Assembly (NCBI GenBank): GCA_020248985.1
Contig: JADCGL010000039.1
Location: forward strand, 6,645-70,644
DNA length: 64,000 nucleotides
Source: Telmatospirillum sp.
Lineage (GTDB): Bacteria > Pseudomonadota > Alphaproteobacteria > CACIAM-22H2
Direction of reading: 5' to 3'
Of this stretch, positions 37,897 to 47,151 are shown in pieces. The notes under the pieces were generated by a model. It was given only the letters and a program-made list of their open reading frames with translations, ran no database searches and was not told the origin of the DNA. A program made the translations under genes and the position numbers. Each line of letters opens with the position of its first letter. The stretch's first letter is position 1.

Positions 37897-39006
37897 TCAG
37901 CCCGGATCGAGGCGGGCGAGCATGCCGTTGCGCGCATCGGTCAGCACGTATACCCGCCCTTGCGGATCGACACGCACGTCGCGGATGCGGGCACCCAGCT
38001 CCGCCAGCAGGCGTTCCTGGCGATGGCTGCCGTCGGCCTGCAATTCGATCCGGTAGAGCCCCTGGCCGCGCAGCGCGCCGATCAGCATCGAGCCATGCCA
38101 ACCTGGAAACGCCGCCCCGGCATAGATCGCAAGTCCGGAGGGTGCGATCGACGGCGTCCAGATCACGCGCGGATCGGCATAGCCCTGGCGCGACGTGGCT
38201 TCGCCGATCTGCGTGCCTGTGCCGTAGTTGCGGCTGTGGGTGATGATCGGCCAGCCGTAATTCTGGCCGCGTACGAGGTTGTTGAGTTCGTCGCCGCCCT
38301 GGGCGCCGTGGTCGGCACCCCAAATCACGCCGTTTGCGTCGAGCGCGATACCCTGGGTGTTACGCAGGCCATGCGCAAAAATCTCGGGCCGCATGTCGCT
38401 GCGGCCGAGATAGGGATTGTCGGCGGGCACTTTGCCGTCGGGCTCAAGGCGCACGAGCTTGCCGTTGAGATCGCGGCCGTCTTGCGAGCGCATATCTTCA
38501 GCGCGATCGCCAGTCGTGAGATAGACCTTGCCGTCGCGCCCGAACAAGATGCGGCCGCCGAAATGGCGTGCCGATGACACGGCCGGCATCGATTCGAACA
38601 AGGTTTCGACATTTTCGAGGCCGGCATTCCCCAGGCGCGCGCGTGCCAAGCGCGTCAACGCGCCGTTGCCGACCGGTGCTGCATAGCTGAAGTAGAGCAG
38701 CCGGTTCGCGGCGAAATCCGGATGCAAGGCCAGATCGAACAGACCGCCTTGGCCGCGCGCCCAGACCTCGGGGACGCCTGCGAGCGGGTTCGGCTGCAAG
38801 CTACCGTTTTCGACGATGCGCAAACGCCCCGGCCGCTCGGTCACGAGCAATCGACCGTCGGGCAGCAGTGCCAGGGCCCACGGATTCTCAAGCCCCTCGG
38901 CCATCCGCACCACGCGATACGTCGCCTTCTCGCTGTGAACTTGCGCCGACACCGGTGCAGCAAAGACGATCGCGACCATGGAAGAAACTGCAGCAATCCG
39001 GCTCAT
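37897..39006 (-). CDS. PQQ-dependent aldose sugar dehydrogenase (Asd/YliI family)
   Basis: Signal peptide, GLENPW, LVTERPGRL, GQGGL, HFGGRI, GLRNTQG, GGDELN, NYGWP, RIRDV. Confidence 0.92.
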   Translation of the reverse strand: MSRIAAVSSMVAIVFAAPVSAQVHSEKATYRVVRMAEGLENPWALALLPDGRLLVTERPGRLRIVENGSLQPNPLAGVPEVWARGQGGLFDLALHPDFAANRLLYFSYAAPVGNGALTRLARARLGNAGLENVETLFESMPAVSSARHFGGRILFGRDGKVYLTTGDRAEDMRSQDGRDLNGKLVRLEPDGKVPADNPYLGRSDMRPEIFAHGLRNTQGIALDANGVIWGADHGAQGGDELNNLVRGQNYGWPIITHSRNYGTGTQIGEATSRQGYADPRVIWTPSIAPSGLAIYAGAAFPGWHGSMLIGALRGQGLYRIELQADGSHRQERLLAELGARIRDVRVDPQGRVYVLTDARNGMLARLDPG

Positions 39007-39122
39007 CGTTACCTCCAATGCCTTCTCTCAGAACCGAATAACCGTACCAGAAACCAAGGATCCCGCGCAGGGACAAGAACATGATCGGCGAATCGATTTG
39101 TCCTGTATTATCGGAAGTACAA

Positions 39123-39154
39123 AACACCATATTTTAGTTGTAAAATATGGTGTT
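39123..39154. promoter_or_regulatory. Perfect 14-bp inverted repeat between divergent genes
   Basis: AACACCATATTTTA-GTTG-TAAAATATGGTGTT. Confidence 0.6.
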
Positions 39155-39182
39155 GCAGCAACGATTTTTGGAGCGTGCAGAC

Positions 39183-40673
39183 ATGGTCGGTTTTTCTTTC
39201 GGTGCGTCCAGTCGCGATCGTGTGGCCAAGCTTGCGGCGGTGGATGCCGCCCTTGCATTCATCGAGTTCAAGCCGGACGGAACGATCCTGACCGCCAACA
39301 AGAATTTTTTGGGCGCCATGGGCTATACGCTCGATGAACTCATTGGCAAGCACCATTCGATTTTCGTTGCAGCCAAAGAGCGCGAAAGCGACGGCTATCG
39401 TACTTTGTGGACCGATCTAAAGAACGGCACGCCTTCGCAAGGCGATATCTGCCGTATCGCCAAAGACGGAAAGGAAGTCTGGCTGAATGCCAGCTACCTG
39501 CCGGTCCGTGATTCGTCCGGCGCCGTGTACAAGGTGGTCAAAATCGCGTCCGACGTGACCGCGCGCAAACTGCGCGACGCCGAACGCGTTGGGCAACTCG
39601 AAGCGATCGATCGCTCGCAAGCCGTAATTGCCTTCGATTTGAAGGGTATCATTCTCGAAGCCAACCGCAATTTTCTCGACGCATTGGGCTATGCGCAGGC
39701 TGACGTTGTCGGTCGCCACCATTCGATCTTTGTCGATCCGACCGAACGCCAATCGGCCGAATACCGCGCCATGTGGGAAAGGCTCGGACGCGGGGAATTC
39801 GTCGCGGGCGAATTCAGACGCATTCATAAAAGCGGGCGCGAGGTCTGGATCCAAGCGAGCTACAACCCGATCTTCGACATGGCGGGCCGTCCCTTCAAGG
39901 TCGTCAAATTCGCATCCGACACAACCGTCCAGGTCGTCGCCCGGCGCAATGCCGAGCGCGCGCGCGAAGTCATCGACACGAGCCTTGGCGAGGTGGACCG
40001 CGCCATCAGCGACGCCAGTGCCCAGTCGACCGCGGCGGCGTCGGCTTCGCGTATGACGGCCGACAACGTCCAGGCCGTCGCGGCCGGTGCCGAGGAGCTC
40101 GACGCGTCGGTTCGCGAGATATCCCAAAGCATGTCGCGTTCGCGCGGGGAGACCGACGGCGCTTACGATCGTGCGGTCGATGCCGACCGCGCCACGCAGC
40201 GCCTGTCAGGCGCGGTGCAGTCGATGGGCGGTATAGTCCAGCTCATCCAAAATATCGCGGGTCAAATCAATCTTTTGGCGCTCAATGCCACGATCGAATC
40301 GGCGCGGGCAGGGGACGCGGGCAAGGGATTTGCCGTCGTTGCCAACGAGGTCAAGAATCTCGCGCGGCAGGCAGCCGACGCGACCGATCAGATCACCAAA
40401 GAAATCAACGATATCCAGAACGTTACGACGGACGTTGTGGGCGGGCTTTCGGCGATCCGTAAATCGATTGAATCGGTGCGTGAATACGTCACAAGCACGG
40501 CCGCTGCGGTCGAAGAGCAAAGTGCGGTGACGCGTGAAATGTCGTCAAATATGCGCGTTGCCGCCAATTCGGTTCAGTCGATCACGCAAAATGTCGATCG
40601 CATTGCGGCGGCTACGCAGCTTGCCGACGAATCGACCAAACGTGTGCGAAACGCCGCCCTTGCGGCGACTTGA
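39183..40673 (+). CDS. Soluble PAS-PAS methyl-accepting chemotaxis protein (BdlA-like)
   Basis: Two PAS repeats (IEF..DG.IL.AN.NFL..GY...GKHHSIF...WL.ASY.P) and MCP tip IAGQINLLALNATIESARAGDAGKGFAVVANEVKNLA; no TM segment. Confidence 0.94.
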   Translation: MVGFSFGASSRDRVAKLAAVDAALAFIEFKPDGTILTANKNFLGAMGYTLDELIGKHHSIFVAAKERESDGYRTLWTDLKNGTPSQGDICRIAKDGKEVWLNASYLPVRDSSGAVYKVVKIASDVTARKLRDAERVGQLEAIDRSQAVIAFDLKGIILEANRNFLDALGYAQADVVGRHHSIFVDPTERQSAEYRAMWERLGRGEFVAGEFRRIHKSGREVWIQASYNPIFDMAGRPFKVVKFASDTTVQVVARRNAERAREVIDTSLGEVDRAISDASAQSTAAASASRMTADNVQAVAAGAEELDASVREISQSMSRSRGETDGAYDRAVDADRATQRLSGAVQSMGGIVQLIQNIAGQINLLALNATIESARAGDAGKGFAVVANEVKNLARQAADATDQITKEINDIQNVTTDVVGGLSAIRKSIESVREYVTSTAAAVEEQSAVTREMSSNMRVAANSVQSITQNVDRIAAATQLADESTKRVRNAALAAT

Positions 40674-40706
40674 AGCTGCGCCTGGGCCCGTCTCAGGCCG
40701 CCCGTC

Positions 40707-41267
40707 TCATGTGGGATGTCCTTTGCCGGGAACGTTGCCGACGAGGAAATGGCGTGCTGCGCCGGTTTCGTCGGCCAGCGGCAACAGGATTCGGCTCCAA
40801 TAGACCACACCGACGTTCGCGGGCGGCGCATGGCGCGTGAAAAGAGGAATCCTTCGCTGCGCGCATGCCCGATAGCAGACGCGAAAGAAAAGCCCGATCG
40901 CCGGATGTGTCGGCACGTCGCGGGTGAATTTGCCGGTCAGATCGAAGCCAGCGCGCTCCGCAATCCGCGAGCCGTACAGTCGATAGCGATAGTCGTTTGC
41001 CGCGTCGTCGGCTTCAAGCAGCATGACGTTGCCGAGCGCGGGGCGCATTTCGAGCGGATCGATCGCGTCGTAGCGCGCCAGTGCGCCGGATCTAGGCAAT
41101 CGAAGCCAATATTCGTGCAGAAATGCAAGCTCCGGCACGTTGAGCGTGGCCGCGTCCGGCGCCCAGCGCAGCATCAGCTTTTCGAAGCCGTGCGATTCGA
41201 GAAAGCGTTCGAGCGGACCGAACGAACCCTCGATCGCCGCGTCCGTAATCGCGGTTTCTTCGCTCAT
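40707..41267 (-). CDS. PAS_5 domain protein
   Basis: EYWLRL...IDPLEMRPALGNVMLLE...YRYRLYGSRI....GFDLTG. ATG 41267 overlaps the upstream stop. Confidence 0.8.
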   Translation of the reverse strand: MSEETAITDAAIEGSFGPLERFLESHGFEKLMLRWAPDAATLNVPELAFLHEYWLRLPRSGALARYDAIDPLEMRPALGNVMLLEADDAANDYRYRLYGSRIAERAGFDLTGKFTRDVPTHPAIGLFFRVCYRACAQRRIPLFTRHAPPANVGVVYWSRILLPLADETGAARHFLVGNVPGKGHPT

Positions 41268-42142
41268 TGCTCGATGCCCCAGGCCGACAAGAGTCGGTAG
41301 CGTTTGGTGTCCATCTGGTCGAGAAGTTCGCGGCCTTCGGGGCCGCCGTCGCCAATCATGTTTTCGCGCGCAATCAGCTGCAGGGCGCCGATATTGGCCT
41401 GCAGTACGGTCTTGAGTTCGACGGCGCGCAGATTGCGACGCGAAAACTCCTGGCGGATCGGACGCAGCAATTCGCACAGCACGTCGGCAAGATCCGTTGC
41501 AAGCGTGTAGTCGAAGGAGCCGGCTTGGCCTTTGAGGTCGTGCGCCTTCTTGAACATCGCATTCCATATGTCGCGATTGTCCCAGTCGCTGGTCAACAGC
41601 AGGCCCATGCCGCGCGCCAGATCCTCGCAGTCCAGTCGCAGTACGTCGCGATAGGCGTCGGCCAAATGCGAAAGGCTGCTTGTTGCGGCAACAATGGCCT
41701 TCGCGGCCGCGCGTGGCTCGGCGGGCGAAACATGTCTGGCGCGCTGGATGATGGTCTCGAGCCGCGCCCAGAGCTGCGAGGCACTTACGGGCTTGACGAC
41801 GTAGGCATCGACGCCTGCGCTGCGCGCGTCGAGTACGTTGCGCATCTCCTTCTGCGCGGTCAGCATCAGGATCGGCAGCGCACGCAGCGCCGCAACGGGG
41901 TGGTTGCGCACTTCCTGGATGAAGGAAAGCCCGTCCATCGGCGTCATCAGCCAGTCGCAGATCGCAACGTCGAAAGTTTGGTCCGCAAGTTTGTCGAGCG
42001 CATCGGCGCCATCGACAGCGGGCACGATCTGCGTCACGCCGAAACCGTTCAGCATCGATTTGAGGATCGAGCGCATTTGCTGATTGTCGTCGACGACGAG
42101 TATGCGTAGGTCCGATGGGTTGTAAGCGACCGTATCGGCCAT
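41264..42142 (-). CDS. Response regulator receiver fused to an Hpt-like domain
   Basis: REC: LVVDDN, CDWLMTPMDG, LT, KP. C-terminal helical domain with AHDLKGQAGSFDY (H-x-x-K-G). Confidence 0.85.
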   Translation of the reverse strand: MADTVAYNPSDLRILVVDDNQQMRSILKSMLNGFGVTQIVPAVDGADALDKLADQTFDVAICDWLMTPMDGLSFIQEVRNHPVAALRALPILMLTAQKEMRNVLDARSAGVDAYVVKPVSASQLWARLETIIQRARHVSPAEPRAAAKAIVAATSSLSHLADAYRDVLRLDCEDLARGMGLLLTSDWDNRDIWNAMFKKAHDLKGQAGSFDYTLATDLADVLCELLRPIRQEFSRRNLRAVELKTVLQANIGALQLIARENMIGDGGPEGRELLDQMDTKRYRLLSAWGIEQ

Positions 42143-42145
42143 GAT

Positions 42146-44338
42146 CTAGCTGCTCTCCGTTGCGCCGCGAAGTTCGGCGGCGAATCCGGCGAGACCCTTG
42201 CGTGCGGCCGCACTTGCAGGCGTGCTTGCTGCGGGCCGCGTATGGGTTGGCTTGGACGCAGCACCCGTAGCATGCTGGAGGGCCGCTGCCAATTCCGCGC
42301 TGCGGATCGGTTTGGCGATGTAGTCGTTCATGCCGGCTTCGAGATATTTTTCGCGGTCGCCGCGCATTGCGTTGGCCGTCTGCGCGATGATCGGGACGGC
42401 GTTGTAGGGGGCTGGCAACGTGCGGATCCAGCGCGTCGCCTCGATGCCGTCGATCTCCGGCATCTGCGCATCCATCAGCACGACGTCGAACCGTTTTGAG
42501 CGCGCCATGGCGATCGCTTCGGCGCCGTCGCGCGCGAAGGTGCAACGATGGCCCATGCGCACCAGCAATTCGCCGACGACGATGCGGTTGACTTCGTTGT
42601 CTTCGGCGACGAGCACGTCGAGTTCGCGGTATGCTTCGCGCTGGGCGCCTAGGAGCCCCGAGATTCGCGGCGCTTCGGGGAGGGCGACGACGAGCGGCAG
42701 GCGCATTTCGAATACGGAGCCGCGCCCCAGCGTTGAACGCACCGTGATGTCGCCGCCCATCAACTGCGCCAGTTCGCGCGAGATCGCGAGGCCCAGGCCC
42801 GATCCGCCGAAGCGGCGCGCGATCGACGCATCGGCTTGGTTGAACCTGTCGAAAAGATGCGCGAGCGCTTCCTGTGCGATGCCGATGCCCGTGTCGGCCA
42901 CGGAAACCAACAGCATCGCCTGCGTGGCGGATGGCGCTTCGACGTCGAGCCGCAGGTCGATGCGGCCGCGCTCCGTGAATTTGACGGCATTTCCGATCAG
43001 ATTGAGCAGCACTTGGCGGAAGCGCGTGGGATCGCCCGCGAGCGGGGCCGGCAGATCGGGGGCGACGGCGACGCTGACGGTAAGCCCCTTGTTCTCGGCA
43101 GCGACCGCCAGCAGGGCGACTGTCTGTTTCAGGATTTCCACCGGATCGAAGGGGACGGTTTCGATCGCCATGTCCCCGGCCTCGAGGCGCGAATAATCGA
43201 GAATGGCGTCGATGATGCCGAGCAGGTCGCTGGCTGATTGGCTGGCGACTTCGACGTAGCTGCGTTGGCGCGCGTCGAGCGGCGTGCCCGCGAGCAGTTC
43301 GACCATGCCGAGCACACCGTTCATTGGCGTGCGGATTTCGTGACTCATCGTGGCCAGGAACCGCGATTTCGCGATATTGGCTTTTTCCGCGGCTACTTTG
43401 GCGCGCTCCGCATCGGTCCGCAGCATTTCGATATCGGTGAGGTCGAGCACCGTCGCGAAGATCCGTTCGATCGTGCCATCAGCACGCCGGTCGATGCGGA
43501 AATCCTCGCGTACAAAGCGTACCTCTCCGTCGGGCAGACCGACTCGATAGAGCCGCCGGCCGACCGATTTTGGGCTGCCCAGGAGGTCGCCGTGCTTGGC
43601 GCGATCTTCGGGATGAAGCGCAGCGACAAAGGTGTCGAAGTCGGGCTCGATTTCCGGCCCGATCCCCCAGATCTGGCGCGCGCGCGGTGACCAGTACTGT
43701 TCGCCGCTGCGCGTGTCGAAATCCCACCAGCCCATTGACGCCGTCTCGAGCGCCAGTTCCAGACGCTCGCGGGTTTTTTCGAGTTCCTCGAGGAGACCGG
43801 TTTGGGCGACGACGGAAAGCCGCAGTTGACGATCGGCCTCGATCTGTGAGCCGATCTCGCGGGCCGTGCCGCGATAGCCTGCAAAAGTGCCGTTCGCCGC
43901 ATAGTGCGGCTTGCCGGACATCGAAATCCAATAGCCGCCGGTTCCGGGCGCCTTCAGGCGGAAGACGAGATCGGCAAAGGGTTCCTGCCGATCGACCGCC
44001 TCAATATGCGCGCCGAAAGCCGCATCGCGTGTCCATTCCCCGTCGAACATGTCCCAACGCGACTTGCCGATCTGGGACGCCGGTTCGATGCCTATGCGGC
44101 GTATGCCGTCAGACAAAAACGTGTGGCGATGGGATGCATCGGTCTCCCAGAACCAATCGGACGAAAGGTCGGCGAACTCTCCAAGACGTGGCTCCCTTGG
44201 CGCTAGCGACGGTGCGTGCAGCTGTTCGAGCTGGGCATAGGTTTGGCTGACGACTTCGCAAAGCTGCTCGATGTCGATCGCGCCGTCGCGCGCGATCTGC
44301 TGCAGCTGCTGGGCGAGAAGAGGATGTCGATCCGCCAT
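42146..44338 (-). CDS. Cytoplasmic hybrid PAS-PAS histidine kinase with receiver domain
   Basis: SSDWFWETD PAS, second PAS, FLATMSHEIRTPMNG, NAVKFT, DTGIGI, GGSGLGL, REC AEDN...MDAQMP...KP. Confidence 0.93.
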   Translation of the reverse strand: MADRHPLLAQQLQQIARDGAIDIEQLCEVVSQTYAQLEQLHAPSLAPREPRLGEFADLSSDWFWETDASHRHTFLSDGIRRIGIEPASQIGKSRWDMFDGEWTRDAAFGAHIEAVDRQEPFADLVFRLKAPGTGGYWISMSGKPHYAANGTFAGYRGTAREIGSQIEADRQLRLSVVAQTGLLEELEKTRERLELALETASMGWWDFDTRSGEQYWSPRARQIWGIGPEIEPDFDTFVAALHPEDRAKHGDLLGSPKSVGRRLYRVGLPDGEVRFVREDFRIDRRADGTIERIFATVLDLTDIEMLRTDAERAKVAAEKANIAKSRFLATMSHEIRTPMNGVLGMVELLAGTPLDARQRSYVEVASQSASDLLGIIDAILDYSRLEAGDMAIETVPFDPVEILKQTVALLAVAAENKGLTVSVAVAPDLPAPLAGDPTRFRQVLLNLIGNAVKFTERGRIDLRLDVEAPSATQAMLLVSVADTGIGIAQEALAHLFDRFNQADASIARRFGGSGLGLAISRELAQLMGGDITVRSTLGRGSVFEMRLPLVVALPEAPRISGLLGAQREAYRELDVLVAEDNEVNRIVVGELLVRMGHRCTFARDGAEAIAMARSKRFDVVLMDAQMPEIDGIEATRWIRTLPAPYNAVPIIAQTANAMRGDREKYLEAGMNDYIAKPIRSAELAAALQHATGAASKPTHTRPAASTPASAAARKGLAGFAAELRGATESS

Positions 44339-44573
44339 CAAATTCTGTCGACTGCGACTGCGAAATCGGCAGTTCGGCATTCCGATGCAGCGTCTGCGTA
44401 TTCGTCGACGCGTCGCTGCCGCCATATGCGAAGACAATTGCCGATCACGTCTGCGCCTCTTCGTCCCTTGCGTCCGTAGGGAGCGCAGTATATCGGGCTG
44501 AAGGAGCGTCGTCATCGCCGTCCAGCGGCAGAAAATTTTGCGGTGCGGCGCTTTTTATTCTGTCGCCAAGACA

Positions 44574-44600
44574 AAGGGCCCCGCGACGTGCGGGGCCCTT
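44574..44600 (-). terminator. Terminator hairpin downstream of flagellin 1
   Basis: AAGGGCCCCGC-GACGT-GCGGGGCCCTT stem; TGTCTTG follows on the minus strand. Confidence 0.6.
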
Positions 44601-44644
44601 GGCCGGCAACGTTCCCCGTCGGCGACGGGGAGGTTGAGAGCGAA

Positions 44645-45469
44645 CTAGCGGAACAGGCCCAACAGCACCGAGGGTTGCTGGTTGGCGATCGACAGCGACT
44701 GGATGCCGAGCTGCTGGCGAACCTGCTGCGCCTGCACCACAGCCGATGCTTTGCCGATGTCGGCATCGACAATGGCGCCAAGGCCGGTCGTCGTCGCATC
44801 CACGATTGCGTTGACGAAGCCGGACTGCAGCGTGAGCGTGCGGGTCTCGGCCGCGTTGGCGCCGAGCGAAGTGGCGACCGCCTGCTGGAAGGTCGAGAGG
44901 CTGCTAAGGCCTGCGGCTGCATCCGAAGCCGTGGCGACGATGTTGGCGGTAGCGGCGAATGCGTTGAAGGCCGCATCGACCGACGACTGCGAGGTGATCG
45001 TGAGCACGGTTGCGTTGGTGTCGGCAAGGAACGTCTTGGCCGTCGAGCCGGCGGAGAGCAGGTTCGTGCCGTTGTAGCTCGCCTGGCTGATGAAGTTTGC
45101 GACCTGCGAGGTAAGCGCGTTGAAGTCGGCCGTGTAGATCGAACGCTGGTTGGCGCTGATCGACCCGTCGGCGAGCTGCGTGATTTTGGCCTGCAAGTTG
45201 CCGATGAGATTCGAAACGTTCGTCAGAGCCGCCTGCGTCACCGTGCCGATGCCAACACCGCTGGCAAGCGAGGCCTGAATGGCGCCGTAGGCCTGCAGGT
45301 TGCCGCGAATGCCTTGCGCAACCGAGAAGGTCGAAGCATCGTCTTGCGCGTCGGCAACGCGATAGCCCGTCTGGACCTGTTTGGATGCGACGTTGAGCGC
45401 GTTTTGCGTCGTGCGCAACGAAGCGAGAGCCGTATAGGCGCCGATATTGGTGTTTACGGAATTCGACAT
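44645..45469 (-). CDS. Flagellin (274 aa, short alphaproteobacterial type)
   Basis: SVNTNIGAYTAL...TGYRVADAQDDAS; C-terminus GAIVDAD...QQLGIQSLSIANQQP..LLGLFR. Confidence 0.95.
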   Translation of the reverse strand: MSNSVNTNIGAYTALASLRTTQNALNVASKQVQTGYRVADAQDDASTFSVAQGIRGNLQAYGAIQASLASGVGIGTVTQAALTNVSNLIGNLQAKITQLADGSISANQRSIYTADFNALTSQVANFISQASYNGTNLLSAGSTAKTFLADTNATVLTITSQSSVDAAFNAFAATANIVATASDAAAGLSSLSTFQQAVATSLGANAAETRTLTLQSGFVNAIVDATTTGLGAIVDADIGKASAVVQAQQVRQQLGIQSLSIANQQPSVLLGLFR

Positions 45470-45774
45470 TGTGAGGTCCCTTTCTGGTTGATCGCTCCGA
45501 CTTCTGTCGAAACTTCGCGCTTATGTTGCAAGACGTCGGTTTTGGACCAACGACTGGCAGTGGCGTCTCCACGCCCACAAACGGATCGTAGGATGAGTAT
45601 ACGCATTTTTAATGGTCATGCAAGTATTTGATTTTTATCAGAAAAGTTCTTATTTTATAAGTATACCATGAAAATTTAAATCAAATTCTTATTTAACTTT
45701 AAATAATTCACTGAGCAAAGCCTTTCTGCAAGTACCGAAGCAGAAAAATCAGAAAACAATCTAAGATTCTATAA

Positions 45775-45812
45775 ACAAAAAAAGCGGAGACGATCCGAAG
45801 ACCGTCTCCGCC
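45775..45812 (-). terminator. Rho-independent terminator downstream of flagellin 2
   Basis: GCGGAGACG...CGTCTCCGC stem followed on the minus strand by TTTTTTTGTTT. Confidence 0.75.
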
Positions 45813-45845
45813 GTTTTTGGAGAATGCGCCCGAAGACGCGGGAAG

Positions 45846-46670
45846 TTAGCGGAACAGACCCAACAGAACCGAGGGCTGCTGGTTGGCGATCGACAGCGAC
45901 TGAATGCCGAGCTGCTGGCGAACCTGCAGGGCCTGCACCGAAGCCGAGGCTTTGCCGATGTCGGCATCGACGATGGCGCCGAGACCGGTCGTCGTCGCAT
46001 CCACGATCGAGTTCACAAAGCTCGACTGCAGCGTGAGCGAGCGCGTTTCAGAGGCGTTGGCGCCGAGCGAGGTGGCGACCGCCTGCTGGAAGGTCGACAG
46101 GCTGCTGAGGCCCGCGGCTGCATCCGACGCCGTTGCGACGATGTTGGCGGTCGTCGCGAAGGTGTTGAACGCCGCATCGACCGACGATTGCGCGCTCAAG
46201 GTGAGCACGGTCGCGTTGGTGTCGGCCAAGAACGTCTTGGCCGTCGAGCCGGCGGAGAGCAGGTTGGTGCCGTTGTAGTTGGCCTGGCTGATGAAGTTTG
46301 CGACCTGCGAGGTCAGTGCATTGAAGTCGGCCGTATAGATGGCGCGCTGGTTGGCGGTGATCGACCCGTCGGCGAGCTGCGTGATCTTGGCCTGCAGATT
46401 GCCGATCAGATTCGAAACGTTCGTCAGTGCCGCCTGGGTCACCGAGCCGATGCCCACGCCGTTGGCGAGCGACGCTTGGATGGCGCCGTAGGCCTGCAGG
46501 TTGCCGCGAATGCCTTGCGCAACCGAGAAGGTCGAGGCATCGTCAGCCGCATCGGCAACGCGATAGCCCGTCTGAACCTGCTTGGAAGCGACGTTGAGTC
46601 CTGCTTGAGTCACGCGCAACGACGCCAGCGCCGTATACGCACCAACATTGGTGTTGATAGAGTTCGACAT
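45846..46670 (-). CDS. Flagellin (274 aa), paralog of 44645-45469
   Basis: Same motifs; 22 aa differences by hand count (~92% identity); GGAAGGA SD before ATG 46670. Confidence 0.95.
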   Translation of the reverse strand: MSNSINTNVGAYTALASLRVTQAGLNVASKQVQTGYRVADAADDASTFSVAQGIRGNLQAYGAIQASLANGVGIGSVTQAALTNVSNLIGNLQAKITQLADGSITANQRAIYTADFNALTSQVANFISQANYNGTNLLSAGSTAKTFLADTNATVLTLSAQSSVDAAFNTFATTANIVATASDAAAGLSSLSTFQQAVATSLGANASETRSLTLQSSFVNSIVDATTTGLGAIVDADIGKASASVQALQVRQQLGIQSLSIANQQPSVLLGLFR

Positions 46671-46990
46671 AGTATATTCCTTCCTTCTGGAATGGATCAA
46701 ACCAGCTTCTGCTGATCTGGAGAGACCATATCCCAGCAATTCGGCAAAGTCACTACAATTTTATAGAAATCTTTTTTGATGGTTTTGATGCAAACGCCAG
46801 CGACTCTCGATCAACTATCTGAACAGAATGCGAAAATTGCACTTTTTTCGATCAAATGCGCAGGTCGCATGTCAATCATGCATTAGGTGCAATGCTGGTT
46901 TTGAGTGCGGCGGGGCGTCTGTCAGATTGACGGCGCCCGGCAAGGCTTGTACGAGAAGCCCCCCGAGAGGGTCCGAACGACGGACGGCGC

Positions 46991-47075
46991 GCGGGCGTGG
47001 TGAAACTGGTAGACACGCGAGATTTAGGTTCTCGTGACGAAAGTCGTGGGGGTTCAAGTCCCTCCGCCCGCACCA
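46991..47075 (+). tRNA. tRNA-Leu (TAG)
   Basis: GCGGGCG/CGCCCGC acceptor stem, anticodon arm CGAGA-TTTAGGT-TCTCG, long variable arm, GGTTCAAGTCC, encoded CCA. Confidence 0.96.
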
Positions 47076-47151
47076 GGGCCGCCCGTACGAAGTTGCCGTT
47101 GCATAAAGAATGTCCTCGAACGTTCCCTGAAATTCTTCCGAGTTGGATGCC

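Noticed and set aside
46738-46763. Sigma28 promoter for flagellin 2 (minus strand TAAA-N14-GCCGAATT)
   Set aside because: Spacer is one base short, the region is AT-rich so chance matches are likely, and most alphaproteobacterial flagellar systems of this type do not use FliA. Worth revisiting only if fliA is in the genome.
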